Of a stretch of 64,000 bases of DNA, positions 38,272 to 51,520 are shown piece after piece. Location of the stretch: assembly GCA_964234715.1 (NCBI GenBank), contig OZ174278.1; one strand, 5' to 3'. A program made the position numbers and the translations under genes. The notes beneath the pieces are model-generated. The model ran no database searches. It saw only the letters and a list, made by a program, of their open reading frames with translations, and had not been told where the DNA came from. Within the stretch, counting starts at the first letter, position 1. Every line of letters begins with the position of its first letter. This DNA is from Podarcis melisellensis (Eukaryota).

Positions 38272-38373
38272 TACACACACACACACACACACACACACTG
38301 AATGGCCTGCCTGGCAAGGATTTTAGGAAAAGGACAACAATATGTTGCTTTTTAAAGCATAAGGCTATCTAAT

Positions 38374-38680
38374 NNNNNNNNNNNNNNNNNNNNNNNNNNN
38401 NNNNNNNNNNNNNNNNNNNNNNNNNNNNNNNNNNNNNNNNNNNNNNNNNNNNNNNNNNNNNNNNNNNNNNNNNNNNNNNNNNNNNNNNNNNNNNNNNNNN
38501 NNNNNNNNNNNNNNNNNNNNNNNNNNNNNNNNNNNNNNNNNNNNNNNNNNNNNNNNNNNNNNNNNNNNNNNNNNNNNNNNNNNNNNNNNNNNNNNNNNNN
38601 NNNNNNNNNNNNNNNNNNNNNNNNNNNNNNNNNNNNNNNNNNNNNNNNNNNNNNNNNNNNNNNNNNNNNNNNNNNNNNNN
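38374..38680. other. Assembly gap (N run)
   Basis: Run of N. Confidence 1.
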
Positions 38681-41600
38681 ACCATGCAAGATGATAGACA
38701 CTTTGAGATGGGAGGGCAAACCTCAGAATCATCTGTTTGTACTCAGTCAGTGTTGTGTGACAGCTACTAAGAAATCCCTCAAATCCCCATAAGTCATGGA
38801 TGGTGTGGTTAAGGCACAGGAGAGTAGGGGGTCATTGCAGTATGTAGGATGCAAGCTGTTCAAAGGATTTATAGATAAAAATGTTTTCCTCATGTAAGTT
38901 TCCTTCATCTTGTCTTGTGGTTAGAAAGCACAGCTATGATCAGTTTGCCCCACAGCTTTCTGCTGGAAAGCACACTCTTTACTGTGGAATTGGAACAAAC
39001 AGCAATCCGCCTCCAGCATCACACTGAGTTGAAGAAGGTGGAGTTGGGATTGATACCTGTTTTTGCTGGTAACTGACTGTTTCTCCCACCAAGGAATGGA
39101 TCACAAGCTACTGAAAAAGTTATCAGCCTCCCTTTAAGGACTGGTCCCCATTTCCTGTCATAAAGTCATGCGGGGGGGCAGAGGGAGAGACTGAGCAGTG
39201 GCTCTCTCTTTGAGCTTTTGTTCCCTCCTCCCTTCCTTGGGAGGCAGTGTGGTCCACCTGTTTGCTCTCCCTGTGTGTGGTGGCCCTTGAATGCCAGGAC
39301 TCGTTATAATTCTGCACGTTGACGACCGTCTGCTTACAGCCAGACGCTGGCTCCTCCGGGGCAGATTCATCACAGCACTCTAATCAATAAAACATGGAAC
39401 CAATCAGCAAATGCCTTCAGTCCCAGGGGAGGTTGCATAATTATTTATCTGGTAATCGGGAGGGGGAATTATTTCAATGTAACGTTTGTGCTCCTGCAGG
39501 GCAAGTCCTATGGGGAGGAGCAACAGGAATGCCAGCAAAGCTTTGATTCTTACAAGGGTGGGGGAAACGGAAGGCGCTCACTGCCGCAGCAACAAATAAT
39601 GCAGAATCGCAACAGGACTATTAACTGCTAACACGACGGACGTCCTTTCATTCAGCTTCCCATTTGCTACTCTCCTGCCTGGAATGATCTCCAGGCAGAG
39701 ATTCCGTTTGGTATTCCCTGTAGTGGCAGCTCTATACACCCTGCAATATATGCCTGTGAGTCAGTTGACGTTGCATTTTGCATTATGTAAATCCAATAGA
39801 ATCCTTTGCTCCAACCGGAACCTCAGCTATTCTGAAGACTCTCTTGCTAGCTAGAGAAATGTGGGGCCAAAAAAATGCTCTATGAAGTGCTCTTCCCCGG
39901 TCTAACTTCCAAGACTGTATGCAGGAAGCCCCACTCAGAAAAAAAGGATATTTGTTATTGATGAAGTATTTGGGTGGAGGAGCGGAGGACTGAATTAAAC
40001 CCCCTCCTGCCCCCTCCTCACAAAACAGCTGATCAGTAAGATTGCTGATAAACTCACAAGGATAGGAGCACTGTCTTAGCTGCTGTACACATATACATCT
40101 GGATCAAAATCCTAGTTATGTGAATTCTACTACAGAGAATTCTACTGTTGGACAGGGAATGCTGCTACACCATGACAACAGTGACAACTGAATTCTTGGA
40201 CCTATTTGTCCTACAAGACTAAAATGGTATGAAACAATTTCCAAACAGTATATATTGCAAGTGTACACATGCTGAGATTATTAACATTTTTCCAACATTA
40301 TTAAGCATGCCACCAACTGAGCTGGCATCCTTAAGATAAACATTGGGAAACCTATTTGAATATTCAAGAAACATACAAAAGGTATAGAATGGATATTTCT
40401 CTCTCTCTGACTGCTCACTTTCTTTAAGCACACTTTTGCTTTCCAATGCTTTCATGGCTTATTGAAGTTAGTACTGAGTCAAGAAGATTTAGGGCATTTC
40501 CATGGGGCAGAACTGTGGATGCTACTTATAAATGCAACCTTCCCCCCCCCCCCCCCCCAGCATCCACATGGCACCATCCTCATCAAAATGTTATCTCATT
40601 CTCTCCAAATCCCCTGTTTAATCTGGAGTTATTGTTTCTGTGTTGTTGTTTTTTAATTTACCAGATTTTGGTTTGGAAATGGTACATCTGGATTAAATGG
40701 GAAAATAATATGGAGTGTTATTTTGATGTGGAATACATCAACTGGGTACTTACAAAACCTGCATACTTGAGCAGCACGGAAATCCCATCTGCGCTATGCC
40801 TTTAAAGCATTATTATACTACATTAAACAGTCATGGCTTCCACCAAAGAATCCTAGTTTGTTAGGGAGACCCCTATTCCCTTCACAGAACTACATTTCCC
40901 AGAGTTCCCTGGTAAGAGGGCTTGATTGTTAAACTGCCCTGGGAATGTATAATGCAGATGGGGCCTAAGTCTACAGTAAGCTGCCCTAGCAGTCTGTCAT
41001 CATTCCAGTGGTCTAATAATTAACCCAAATCTGATTTAAGCCCTACTTTACCATAAAATATTACAAGAAACCAAGCTATTAGTTTTCAAATATAAGTCTT
41101 CCATTCACATAGCTGAACCCATAGCTCTTGTACTTAACATGAGCCACATCTTCTTGAAGGAGAAATAGCAAAAAGCTTAAGAAACTGCGGGGGAAACAAA
41201 AAGCAGCAGCATGAAATACAGTTTCTATAGGAGCAGCATGAATCAGTGTCCCGGAATGGATGCATGAATAGTTCTCTGAGGCTTCCTAGAAATGATGTCA
41301 GCATCTGTTCAAATTTCCTTCAATAGCCATCTCTGGTTCAAATAGAATTTTAAAATAAGAAAAACAACTCCAATGCAAGCTACCCAGGACAGATCCTTCC
41401 ATCTTGCAAGTCTTTGGTATCTTATACTGTAATGCACTTATGGCAATGCTGCCACACATTGTGTGTGTGTATGGGGATTTGCCACCCTGTCCACTCCACT
41501 CGTCAACCCCGCACCAAACCCTCCACAATTCAATTTACTTGTTTGACCAAACAATAAATCATCCCAGCTTTCTCTCTTCTATTCTACAGCCCCATTTCAC

Positions 41601-43073
41601 CAGTTTTCACCATGTCTGTGCCTTCTTCTCCCACCTCCTCTTCTGCAGCCCATGGTCCTGCATCTCTCCCCTACCACACATTGTAACTACTGGGCACCCT
41701 TTTCACCTTCTGCCCAAATATGAAGCCACACCTCCTCTTCTGCAGCCCATTTCATACCCCCTCATTTCATCTTCACCCAATTCCCACACTTCCCTCCTTG
41801 TTTACAACCCTGCTTTGTATTCCCTGTTTACTCCTTCTTTCTCTTTCCTCCTCCCTTCTTTTCTCAGTTACCTATTGCACACAAACGACTCACATTTCCT
41901 TGCCTTCTCCTCTCTATTTTACAGCTCCTTTGCAAAGGCACATTTTCATCTTCACCATGCTTTTCCTGCCTCCTTTTTTAAAACCTCCCTCTTGCACAGA
42001 GACCACCCCATTTCCATGCCTCCTCCCTATTCTACAGCCCTCCTAATTCTGTAGCTATATGTCTCTGTATTTTTAAGATGAATAGACGCTTAAGAACAAG
42101 CCCATCTGTTAGCTTGCTCAATTAGAGAAGATTAAATGATGGATATTGGATGTATATGGGTGTCTGGTTGTTCATAAAATACATGTTCCAATAATAAAAT
42201 TGAATCAGGAACTTCATGTAAAGACAGCACACTGTGCCCAGGGTCGGAGGAAGGGGCTTGCGGTGGCTGTGGGGGCCACCCTTGGTGTCATCACTGAGGG
42301 GGGTGACAAAATGCCAGGTGGCACTCACCGCGGGGCCTGCAGCGTGTCCAAGTCACATGTCTTTCCTGGGAGAGACGCAGTGGCTTGGGCACACGCAGGC
42401 TCCGCACTGCCCAAATGGTCCTCCCACTGCCCCCCCCAGCTGTAGGGCGCCTGAGTGGGAGGAGGCAGGCAGACTCTGGAGGCCCTATGGTGTGCTCCAC
42501 CCCTGTGGGGTGCTCATCCCGTCCCTATGGGTCCCTGAGCGGCTTCCTCCGCCGTTGTTTGTACCAGGAGTGAAAAGGTTTGAATAAAGCAGCGACAAGC
42601 AGCGACACTGAGAAGGAATAGTGGCTGTTTTAAACAATGGCAGAAATGAAAGGGCACTGGGAGGAAAAGAGTGGTGGTTTTAAGCAATGACAAAGGTTTG
42701 AGTAGAACAGGCAGGGGGGAACACTGAGAGGAAAAGAGTGGTCGTTTAAAACTATTACAGTGAGAAGGGAATTTCCTCCCAGACTCTATTTCCCAGACGT
42801 ATGGCAGCCGTATCCCTTCCCCATCTATTCAGGCTTCTCCGGTTGTTTTGACCCACCACTTTCCCCCTCTCAGTGTTCCCCCCTTCTTGCTCCTATGCCA
42901 CTACTGTTGCGCAGCCTGCCTTCTCTTTTGCTCCAGTCCCCTGACTTCATGCAAATTCTGGGTTGACATGAAGCACCTCAAAACCTCCCATGAGAGCTGC
43001 ACTCTGACTTTATGCAAATTCATTTTTGTGGCACTACAAATCCTCCAGTGGGGACTGCATGATGAAAGACTAG

Positions 43074-43452
43074 TCAGCAAACTTACCGCGCCTCGGGCCA
43101 GTGTCGCCAGCACCGATCGTGTGGCGGGCCGGAGGGCAGGGGAGCGCATGCCCATGCGCGTGCGCACACACTATTTCCAGCGCACTTCTGGTTTGAAGAA
43201 GCACCGGAAACAGCTTGTGCACATGTGCATGGGCCTTCTCGGACCCGGATGTGCCCTGGAAATAATGCTTGCACATGCACAAACAATGCTTGTGCATGCA
43301 CACAAGCTATTTCCGGTGCTCTTCTGACCCAGAAGTGGGCAGCCGTGCTGCACAGTGCTGGTAAGAGCGGGCAGTGGCAGGGGATGCTGTGGGCCGGATA
43401 AATGAGTCCCTTGGGCCTTATCCGGCCCGTGGGCCTTAGTTTGGAGACCTCT
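43074..43452. mobile_element. CpG-rich hAT (Charlie-type) non-autonomous element, left end eroded
   Basis: Right end ggccttagtttggagacctctg with ggccgga/tccggccc subterminal motifs; gactagt on both flanks. Confidence 0.65.
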
Positions 43453-43993
43453 GGACTAGTGCAAATATAGTACATGGATGGTTTAGATTGGTGGCAGAGG
43501 AAGGATTGGTAGGTAGAAGATTGTGGAGACAGTGCTTGGAGGAAGGTGGAAAGGGTTGGGGATTAGGAACAGACAAACCCCATGAGTCTATCTAGCTGGG
43601 TATTTTCTACACTAGCTGGCAATAGCTCTCCAGAATTTCACACAAGACATTCTGTTTGGGACCTGTCTGTTCGTACGTAGAACCGTCTGCATGCAAAGCA
43701 GATGCTCGCTATGGCACTGCATGCAGCAGTTATGAAGATCCATGGACCAGATACAGCATTTTATCATTACTTCAAGCGTCCAAGATTTTGGATTCATTAT
43801 CATTTTGAAGTGAGTAGTCACTGAGGCGAACTGTGATTAAACAATGTATTCCAGGGATCTCTTGGGAAAACTAGGATGATGCATGGTGATCTGTGCCTTG
43901 TACTGAAGCAGAGAAAAAGGCTGGTAATGGAGTCAGCATGGTAGGAGATTCTGACATGGTCCACTAATGCTGCAGAGTGTGAGTGTGTGGGCA

Positions 43994-44153
43994 CATGGGC
44001 ATAGCAAAGGGGGGGACAGGGGGCAGCTGACCCCCCAATCAATCAAAAATCTATTAAAAATAATACAAATCTGAGGTTCTGCCCCTGTAACAAAAGCCTG
44101 TCCCCTCCTAACAAGAGCCTGCCCGCCCAGCAAAAGTCCTGGCTTTGCCCATG
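43994..44153. mobile_element. hAT MITE
   Basis: TIR catgggcatagc/gctttgcccatg; 8-bp TSD tgtgggca/tgtgggta (1 mismatch). Confidence 0.8.
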
Positions 44154-46288
44154 TGTGGGTATGCATGCTTTTATCAGCAAAATGTTGAATGGTGTTTTCT
44201 TCTTTATACCATTAGAACTCTTTATCAAAACGGGAGAGGGAGAAAGTGAGTGAGAGGGGAAGAGAGGGGAAGCACTGACAGCTGATCTTGTAGGCTTTGG
44301 TGCCACCTGCTGCATGCTGTCTCTCACTGCAGCAAGGCTAATAAATATAGTAAGAAAAGCCCTTTGAACAAGACTGGAAACAGTTGCATTTTAAAGAAAC
44401 TATCTGTTGCTACTGGGCAGCATTTGCCATTTCTAGAATTGTGATGTGAGCAAGTTTTGGGCAAACTAATTCCCTGTCCTCTGATCCTTTACAAACCTTG
44501 ACATCTCCAAATGCTCACAGCCAAATGATCACTTTAATTCTTGCTAATTCATTTCAAACCCAAAGACACAGCATGCTGAATTTCCCTGCTCTGTAATGGC
44601 AACATTCTGCTCTTTCCTTACAAACCTGCCCAACCGTAATGTTTTTCAAACCTAACAATTCACATTTCAAGCATTGTTTGAATTGTTGTTTTTAATTTTT
44701 TACCACTGAGAATTTTATTTGATTGATGAAATGTGAATGGAAAGGGAGAAGGGGCTTCAAATAGCTTAGCATTCTTAGTTTCAAGAATACTCTGTTGTAA
44801 GGTAGAGAGATGTAGATCTTAGCAATCAGTAAGGAACTTGCAGGTTAATAAAAAATGGGTGGAATATGCTGTGTAGAGAAGTTGTGGAATTAGTAAATCA
44901 CTAGGGGCATATACAAGACAAGATTCAGTTCTGATCCCACTTTGGCACTTCAGAAAGTGAGATGATTCAGCTTGGACTGCTTGGGAGGAAACTCACTATG
45001 TATTGGATTCAAATCAAAACATCTCTTTAGAAAATACGGCGCTTTGCGTAGTCCCATTGCAATAATGGGGAGAACAACAAACAGGCACAATATTTTAACG
45101 ATGATTCGATGAAAATTGTAGGCACAGGTGTCCCTATGGATGATGCCAGCCAATTTCAGACAAGTAGGTGTATGCACACTTTTGTGTGTGTGACATTTGC
45201 ATGCACACACACAATTAGCCTTTACATTTTGTGTTTTGTTTTTTAAAAGTATCATTGCATATAATATTTTGGTTTTGAAATCAGACCAAATTTCTACAGC
45301 TCCTGAGAGAATGAAGCCCACCAACATACAGACAGATGGGTTCAGATTTTGTGTGTGCAATGTGAGTTTTTAAAGTTTGGGAGACAAAGATTCACTTACC
45401 CCTTGGGATTCGGGGTGGGTGGAATTTGTATAAATTAGCACATGTCTCTAGGTACATAACCAGAAAAAATTCAGATGGATAGGTGTAGAGGTTAGGGAGT
45501 GTAGGCATTTTTAGGCGTTTTGTTTGTTCATTATTTGCTTGTTTGCTACCATTTGGGTGAAAATCAACCAATATGTCCCATCAGTGTGAGAATTTCTACC
45601 GGCATAACAAGACGTCTCCCACTGTCTCCCCTCTGTGCATTCTCTGTAGCCTCCCCAAATCTCTCCAGGGGGTTTGTGGGAACCCTTCTAACAGATTCAG
45701 AAGGTGTGCAGCAGGAGGAGCAGCAGGGGAAAACATCCCATTGCACATATCATATGTAACATTAGGTGTGGTGCAGCTCAAGTTGTGACTGCCAAGGAAC
45801 AACTGAGAGCCTTAAGGTGTATTGTTTCTGAGCAAGTGAGACTGGAATCAGCTGCACTGCAGAGCTCCCAATCAGGAACACTGTAGTTCAGTCAATCTCT
45901 GTCCAAAGTAGGAATTGCACTAAGCACCAACCAGCTGGTTTGAAGCCTTAGGTGGAAAGACTTCCTTTACCCGTATGGTTTGTTTTCAGTTGATGGCAGC
46001 AAACTCCATTTCCTTTGCCAGCAAACCATGAAGGCAAAACATTATTTACCATGGTGACTGATCCCACTGGTCAGAGTGGTCTGTGGTGGTTGGGAAAGGT
46101 CAGGATCTAGCCTGCTGGCCAGTTCCAGTTCCCAACCCCTGCTTTAGCAGGAAAGTGGTGCTCTGCCCTTCACTCTACCAGATGACCAGTATGTAAGTGC
46201 TGGGTGAGTTTGACTTACATTCTGGGAATTCAATGGAACTTCACATACCTAGTTGGGGAGCTGGTGCCAGCAGCCACCCACAGAGCAG

Positions 46289-46894
46289 CATAGCTGTCGA
46301 CTTACAGATTTGAAAACAAGGGACCAGCAGCCTTGAAAATAAGGGACCAGCAGCCAAAATAAGGGACCTGCAGCCTCACCTGTCCCAGGCACTCCAGTCT
46401 TCCTGTCCTCCTGCAGTCTGGTCAAACTCATGCTGGTAGCTTCGAGAACACTGTCCAACCAACTTTGTAACCAGAGGTTCAACTGAATAGAATCTGAATC
46501 ACATGCACCACAAGGCCTATGAAGCCTGAACTTAAGATGGCTCCCCGGCCTGGCTTTGCACTGCAAAGTTTGCAGCAGCACGTGCAAAAAAATGGTGTCC
46601 AGCATTCAAAAACCCCCTCAGCTTGCATTAACTAGCCACACACAAGGCATGCAAGCTCCACCCCCCAGTCGTTCTTAGACTTCTCATTGGGTGAGCAACA
46701 CAGCCAAGCAACACAGTTGGAGCCTCCCTCCTCCCTGGCCAGCAGGGAGGAAGGGAGAGGAGCTGCTTCCTTTGAAACTTAAGGGGCATAATTTAAGTGA
46801 CATTTAAGGGACATCCATCAATAAGGGACAGCAGCGGGACATGGCGCTGGAATAAGGGACTTTCCTTTCAAATAAGGGACACTTGACAGCTATG
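46289..46894. mobile_element. Non-autonomous hAT element carrying an internal BovB fragment
   Basis: TIR catagctgtcga/ttgacagctatg; perfect 8-bp TSD CAGAGCAG (46281-46288, 46895-46902); repeated aagggac subterminal motifs. Confidence 0.9.
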
Positions 46895-48068
46895 CAGAGC
46901 AGGCAGCAGTAGGGCACCAGGCATCTCCCAGTTAGTGCTGCCTGCTGGGGAGCTGCCCCAGTCTGTCCTGTCTATTCTTCTGTGGCTTGTCTGGGCTACG
47001 GTTTGGCTAAAGTGGAAGGGGAAGGGTGTAGCTTGGCTGAGCCTGTAAGTGAGTGAGACCGAGGCTGGGTGGGGCGGAACGAGGTGGATCAAGGGAGACA
47101 GGTGGGACATCAAGGTGGAAAGGATCGGCATGGAATGAGCTTTGCAAACTTTCTTGTGTATGTATTACTGCTGCCGCAGGCAAACAGGAGGTAAACAAAG
47201 GCTGCGGTCTTCCTGCTCTCTCTTCAGGTGGGGAGAATGAAGGGGAGGAAAGAAGCTTATTTTTCTACTTTGTGTTGCCCCGAGAAGAGTGAGAATGAAG
47301 CCTGCAAATAAAAATGCAGGCTTTCTCTCTCTTTGTGCAGCAATGGCAGTTGCGAGTTGTAGAGGGAGATTCAGTCTCCCCTCTCCCGCGCTGCCAGTGG
47401 TTACAGTGAAATTCAAATGAATGGATAACAAAATGGAATCAATTTTAATGAGCAAACAGTGGAATGAATGATGGTTTAAATCATTATTGTATGCCCCTAA
47501 TACGAATCACACATTCTCAATTTTCATTTGCCTGCAGAAACGGATATATTCTATTCCAAAGACAGCCTTTTCACCATTTGCGGTATGAAATGCTTGCATG
47601 TTTTGTAAGTTGTTACAAAAGAGTTCCTGTCTGGTGTAGTGGCAAACATTTAAAAAAATGTTTCTTGACACTGGAAGTCTGGCAAAGGCAAGAAAAAGGA
47701 TCCCGAAGTGAGAATTGAGCTCAGTGCTACCAGGAAGAAGTTATGAATCTCCTGGGGCAATGGAGTGTTGATTAGCAAATCTGTAGGTGGTAATACTGGG
47801 CTCTAAACACAATATCACACTTCGCATGCAGTAGGAAAGGTTCTGTTTTAAAAAGAAATAGGGGCTGGAATCCATGAGAAGTGTCAGTAATTAGGTGTAT
47901 AAATCTGATTTATATTTACTTACGTGTGGCAGGGTAAGGGTGCATTTACATGATATTCAGAGAGGTTGGTTCTGTCTTTAAAAAATAATAATACACAGGG
48001 CTTTGCTAAAAAGTACACATTGCTTCAAGCTCTCTGATTTTCACTCCGTTTGCAAAAGTGGGTGTTGC

Positions 48069-48082
48069 CTGCCATCTAGTGG
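48069..48082 (-). promoter_or_regulatory. CTCF-like motif, reverse orientation (CCACTAGATGGCAG)
   Basis: Full match to the CCASYAGRKGGCRS core. Confidence 0.55.
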
Positions 48083-48613
48083 CACACCTGCATTTGGTCT
48101 CTGTACTTTAGCAAGAATCTATTCTTTTGCCACAAGGTGGAGAATTGGCACAAATAAGGAACTGGCTAGCATTTAAGAACTAATCTGTTAATAGTTCAGC
48201 AGTTAAAGAGCAGCAAATCTCTTTATCTGATCTATAAGTCTCATATGTAATGAGAACTTATTAAGAAATGACACATCTTCTAAAATTGGAAACCATGAGA
48301 AAAATGAGAATCGAACAGGAAGTTTGTGTATTGCTTAAGCCCGCAGCTACCAACGTAGCATCTGTGGGCACAGTGACGTCCTTAAGGTCTTCACCTGGCA
48401 CCCACAAAGCCTCTGAACCTCCCCACTCACCATCTCCTTGATCATGAAGTAGTGAGGGTGGTAACCTCGCCCTCCTTGAAGTAAAGTTAAAAGCCAGTGC
48501 CCAGCTTAACCTCTGATCTCCAAAAAGTTAACAGGCCTAATTAAGCAACATGACTTGCACAGGCCCAGGTTTTGCTTAAAATACAATGGCAAATCCTAAA
48601 TCACAGTCTAGAG

Positions 48614-48749
48614 CAGGGTTTCCCAAACTCAGGTCTCTAGCTGTTTTGGGACTACAATTCCCATCATCCCTGGGCTCTGGTCCTGCTAGCTATGGATGAT
48701 GGGAGTTGTAGTCCAACAACAGCTAGAGACCCAAGTTTGGGAAACTCTG
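48614..48749. mobile_element. Palindromic hAT (Charlie-type) MITE
   Basis: TIR cagggtttcccaaact/agtttgggaaactctg; perfect 8-bp TSD GTCTAGAG. Confidence 0.92.
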
Positions 48750-49008
48750 GTCTAGAGGAAAACATAAACAACTTCTAAATCCGAATTTTGTTTTCCCTGA
48801 ATATAACCTGGGGCCAAGCAGAATTAAAAGGGCACAACTGAGGGAGAGGATTTTGGGGTGGGGAATTCATGAGGACTGAAGGGGAGAATCCCCACCACAC
48901 TTTATATGTTTAAAAAATGCCCTGGCAAATATGCCTCTGATGTGGGAATTACAAGTGGGGAGACTGTAGTTGTGCACAGATCCTACTTTTAGGCTTCCCA
49001 TGGGTATC

Positions 49009-49858
49009 ATAGATGTTTGGAAGCTATGGCTGGATGGTTACGTGGGAGCCGGTTGAAGTTAAATCCTTTGAAGACAGAGGTCCTCTGGCTGGGGCGGGAC
49101 AATATGGGATTGAGGGGGCAACTCCCATCTCTTGCGGGGGTGCAGTTAGTGCCAGCACCATCCGTTAAGAGTTTGGGTGTAATCTTGGATACCTCCCTCT
49201 CCATGGAGGCGCAGATTACAGCTATAACAAAGGTGGCATTTTTTCATCTCCGCCAAGCTAAGCAGTTGGCTCCTTACCTCTCTCTGACTGACCCAGAAAC
49301 TCCAGCGGGTGCAGAATGTCGTGGCGAGACTCCTTACGGGGTCTTCGCTGCAAGATCACATTCACCCGGTGCTATACCAGCTGCACTGGCTCCCGGTGGA
49401 GTACAGGATCAGGTTTAAGGTGCTGGTTTTAACCTTTAAAGCCCTATACAGCCTAGGAACCTCATACCTACGGGACCGCCTCTCCTTATGGTCTTATGGT
49501 CTTCAAATAAAAACATCCTGAAGGTCCCAGGCCACATAGAGGTTAGGCTGGCCTCAACTAGAGCCAGGGCTTTTTCGGCTGCGGCTTCAATCTGGTGGAA
49601 CGCTCTGTCACATGAGACTAGGGCCCCGTGGGAAGATGTCCAATGTGCCTGCAAGACAGAGCTGTTCCACCAGGCCTTTGGTCAGGGCGCAGCCTGACCC
49701 CTCCTTTGGCAATCTTCCCAGAACTTTAGCTTAATGGTTGCCATCAATTTGATTTTAATTAATTTTTATAATGAAATGTTTTTAGAATGTTGTACTGTTT
49801 TATTGTTGTTAGCCACCCTGAGCTCGGCTTCAGCTGGGGAGGGCAGGATATAAATAAA

Positions 49859-49913
<55 letters not shown>
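49009..49913 (+). mobile_element. 5'-truncated L2 LINE with (ATT)n tail, inserted into a SINE tail
   Basis: ORF2 C-terminal motifs LKLNPLKTEVL, VKSLGVILD, QNVVARLLTG, LHWLPVEYRIRFKVLVLTFKAL, with frameshifts and a deletion; microsatellite tail 49871-49913. Confidence 0.92.
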
Positions 49914-49914
<1 letters not shown>

Positions 49915-50044
49915 CTTGTTGGCCACTGTGAGAGAAGGATGTTGGGCTAGATGGACCTTATCTGGTAGGCTCTTCTTAGGTTCTTTTGATGAAGTCTGGA
50001 AACACTAGGGAGATCTGAACGTGGACTCTTGCATTGCTGTATGT

Positions 50045-50168
50045 TAGCCTTCACCAACCTGCTGTGCTCCAGTAGTTTTGGACTACAACTCCCACCAGCG
50101 CCAGCCAGCACATGCTGATGGGAGTTGTAGTCTACAACATCTGGAAGGCACCAGGTTCATAAAGGCTA
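50045..50168. mobile_element. Degenerate palindromic hAT MITE (further copies at ~2300-2400, 20955-21085, 51557-51680, 52330-52456)
   Basis: ggactacaactccca...tgggagttgtagtc arms. Confidence 0.7.
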
Positions 50169-50799
50169 TTGTGTGCAATGATGCTTGTGCCTACTGTATT
50201 CCTTGATGTGTCTTGGGAACAAAGCAGAAGTAGGTAAAGAGAAACAAGTTATGCAGCTGGAGCAAGAACACAGAGGAAGGGACATATTTCATCTCCCCTC
50301 CCCTTGCGGCCTGGAGAGCTTGGGGTTTTACACATGCCAGCACCTCAGCTAGAAGTCATTTCTCTAGTCTGCTGACTCTGTTTGCCAGGGTTTCTGAAGA
50401 TGAAATCTTTATTATCAGGGAGGCTTAAAAGGGGGGGGGGGATACTGTTAATTCCATTTTCAAGGTCATGCTTTGAAAGTTATTAATTTCTTTCTTCCAA
50501 GGCTCTGTACTCAGTTCCAAGGCTTTGGGGATTTGCAGCTGGTACTTAGTAGGCTACACTTAGGGACTTTTCCTCCTGCTTCTCTGCTGTACAGGGAAAA
50601 ATATCCCCAATTTCGCTGCTAGAAGCATCAAGTTCATAATGCTCTATTTGCATCCTATTCTTATTCTAAGGGCTTGCCCACACTTCCACTTGTCCTGTTG
50701 CTTTCCTCTGGGAAAACCCACTCTCTGCTGCTGAATTGGAGCAAACGTTAATCAGCTTTTCTGCAGAAATTAGGTTTTTCCTTACAGAAAGTTGAACCC

Positions 50800-51520
50800 A
50801 TAACTGTTGTTTATAAATGCTTATGGATCTTTGCAAGAGAGTAGTTGAGGAACTTAGATATATGTGGAAGAGGGAATTAGAACATTTTATATGGAATGTT
50901 CCTTTGTATTTGAAATTGAGATCAATCCAGCAAAATAAATATTTTCAGGCACACTGGACTCCACAACATAGGAAGGTACTACCCATTACAGATATAGTTT
51001 GAGATGGATGTGGTGCTGCAAATGTCTCATTGAGGCATATAGTGTGGGCTTGTACAGTGATATATTCTTTTTGGTCTGAAGTTGCTGCTGTATCAATTTT
51101 GCATTGGCAAAATCCTTGCTATTTGCAGATGCTCAGGCACTTTTAAATTAAATTCCCATCATACAGGGATTAATGACAGGAAGGACAACAAAAGAGGATT
51201 TTGCAAGCCCTTATGATCATCAAGGGATTTATACTTCAATAGACCCAATGTCTATCATGCAATGATCTGAGGACCTAACTGCCTTGGCTTCATTTCAACA
51301 TATTTCTTTATAGATATCAATGTCATGTGGATACCTATTTGGACATCTGGAGGGCTTATATCAACCTGTATGTTTAACTTAAGATGGATGTACTGATGTT
51401 TATTCTATCTTTAATGTGCACTGGTGGTAATTATTAGTATTCTTCTTTTGCTTTCATGTTATTAATTTTCACAATTCTTTCCTTTTCCTTTTCTCATTGT
51501 TAAATTTGCAAATAAAAAAC
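50800..51520 (+). mobile_element. Old L1-clade LINE 3' end
   Basis: Degenerate ORF2 Cys/His knuckle region (ggatgtggt...catatagtgtgggcttgt), T-rich 3'UTR and aataaaaaa end. Confidence 0.55.

Noticed and set aside
41404-42054. 216-aa ORF, the longest in the window
   Set aside because: Product of a C/T-rich decayed repeat poor in stop codons; non-ATG start; S/L/P/F/H-biased composition
42146-43475. CpG-rich patches as a CpG-island promoter or coding exons
   Set aside because: They coincide with apparent hAT-type non-autonomous elements; the ORFs show no homology
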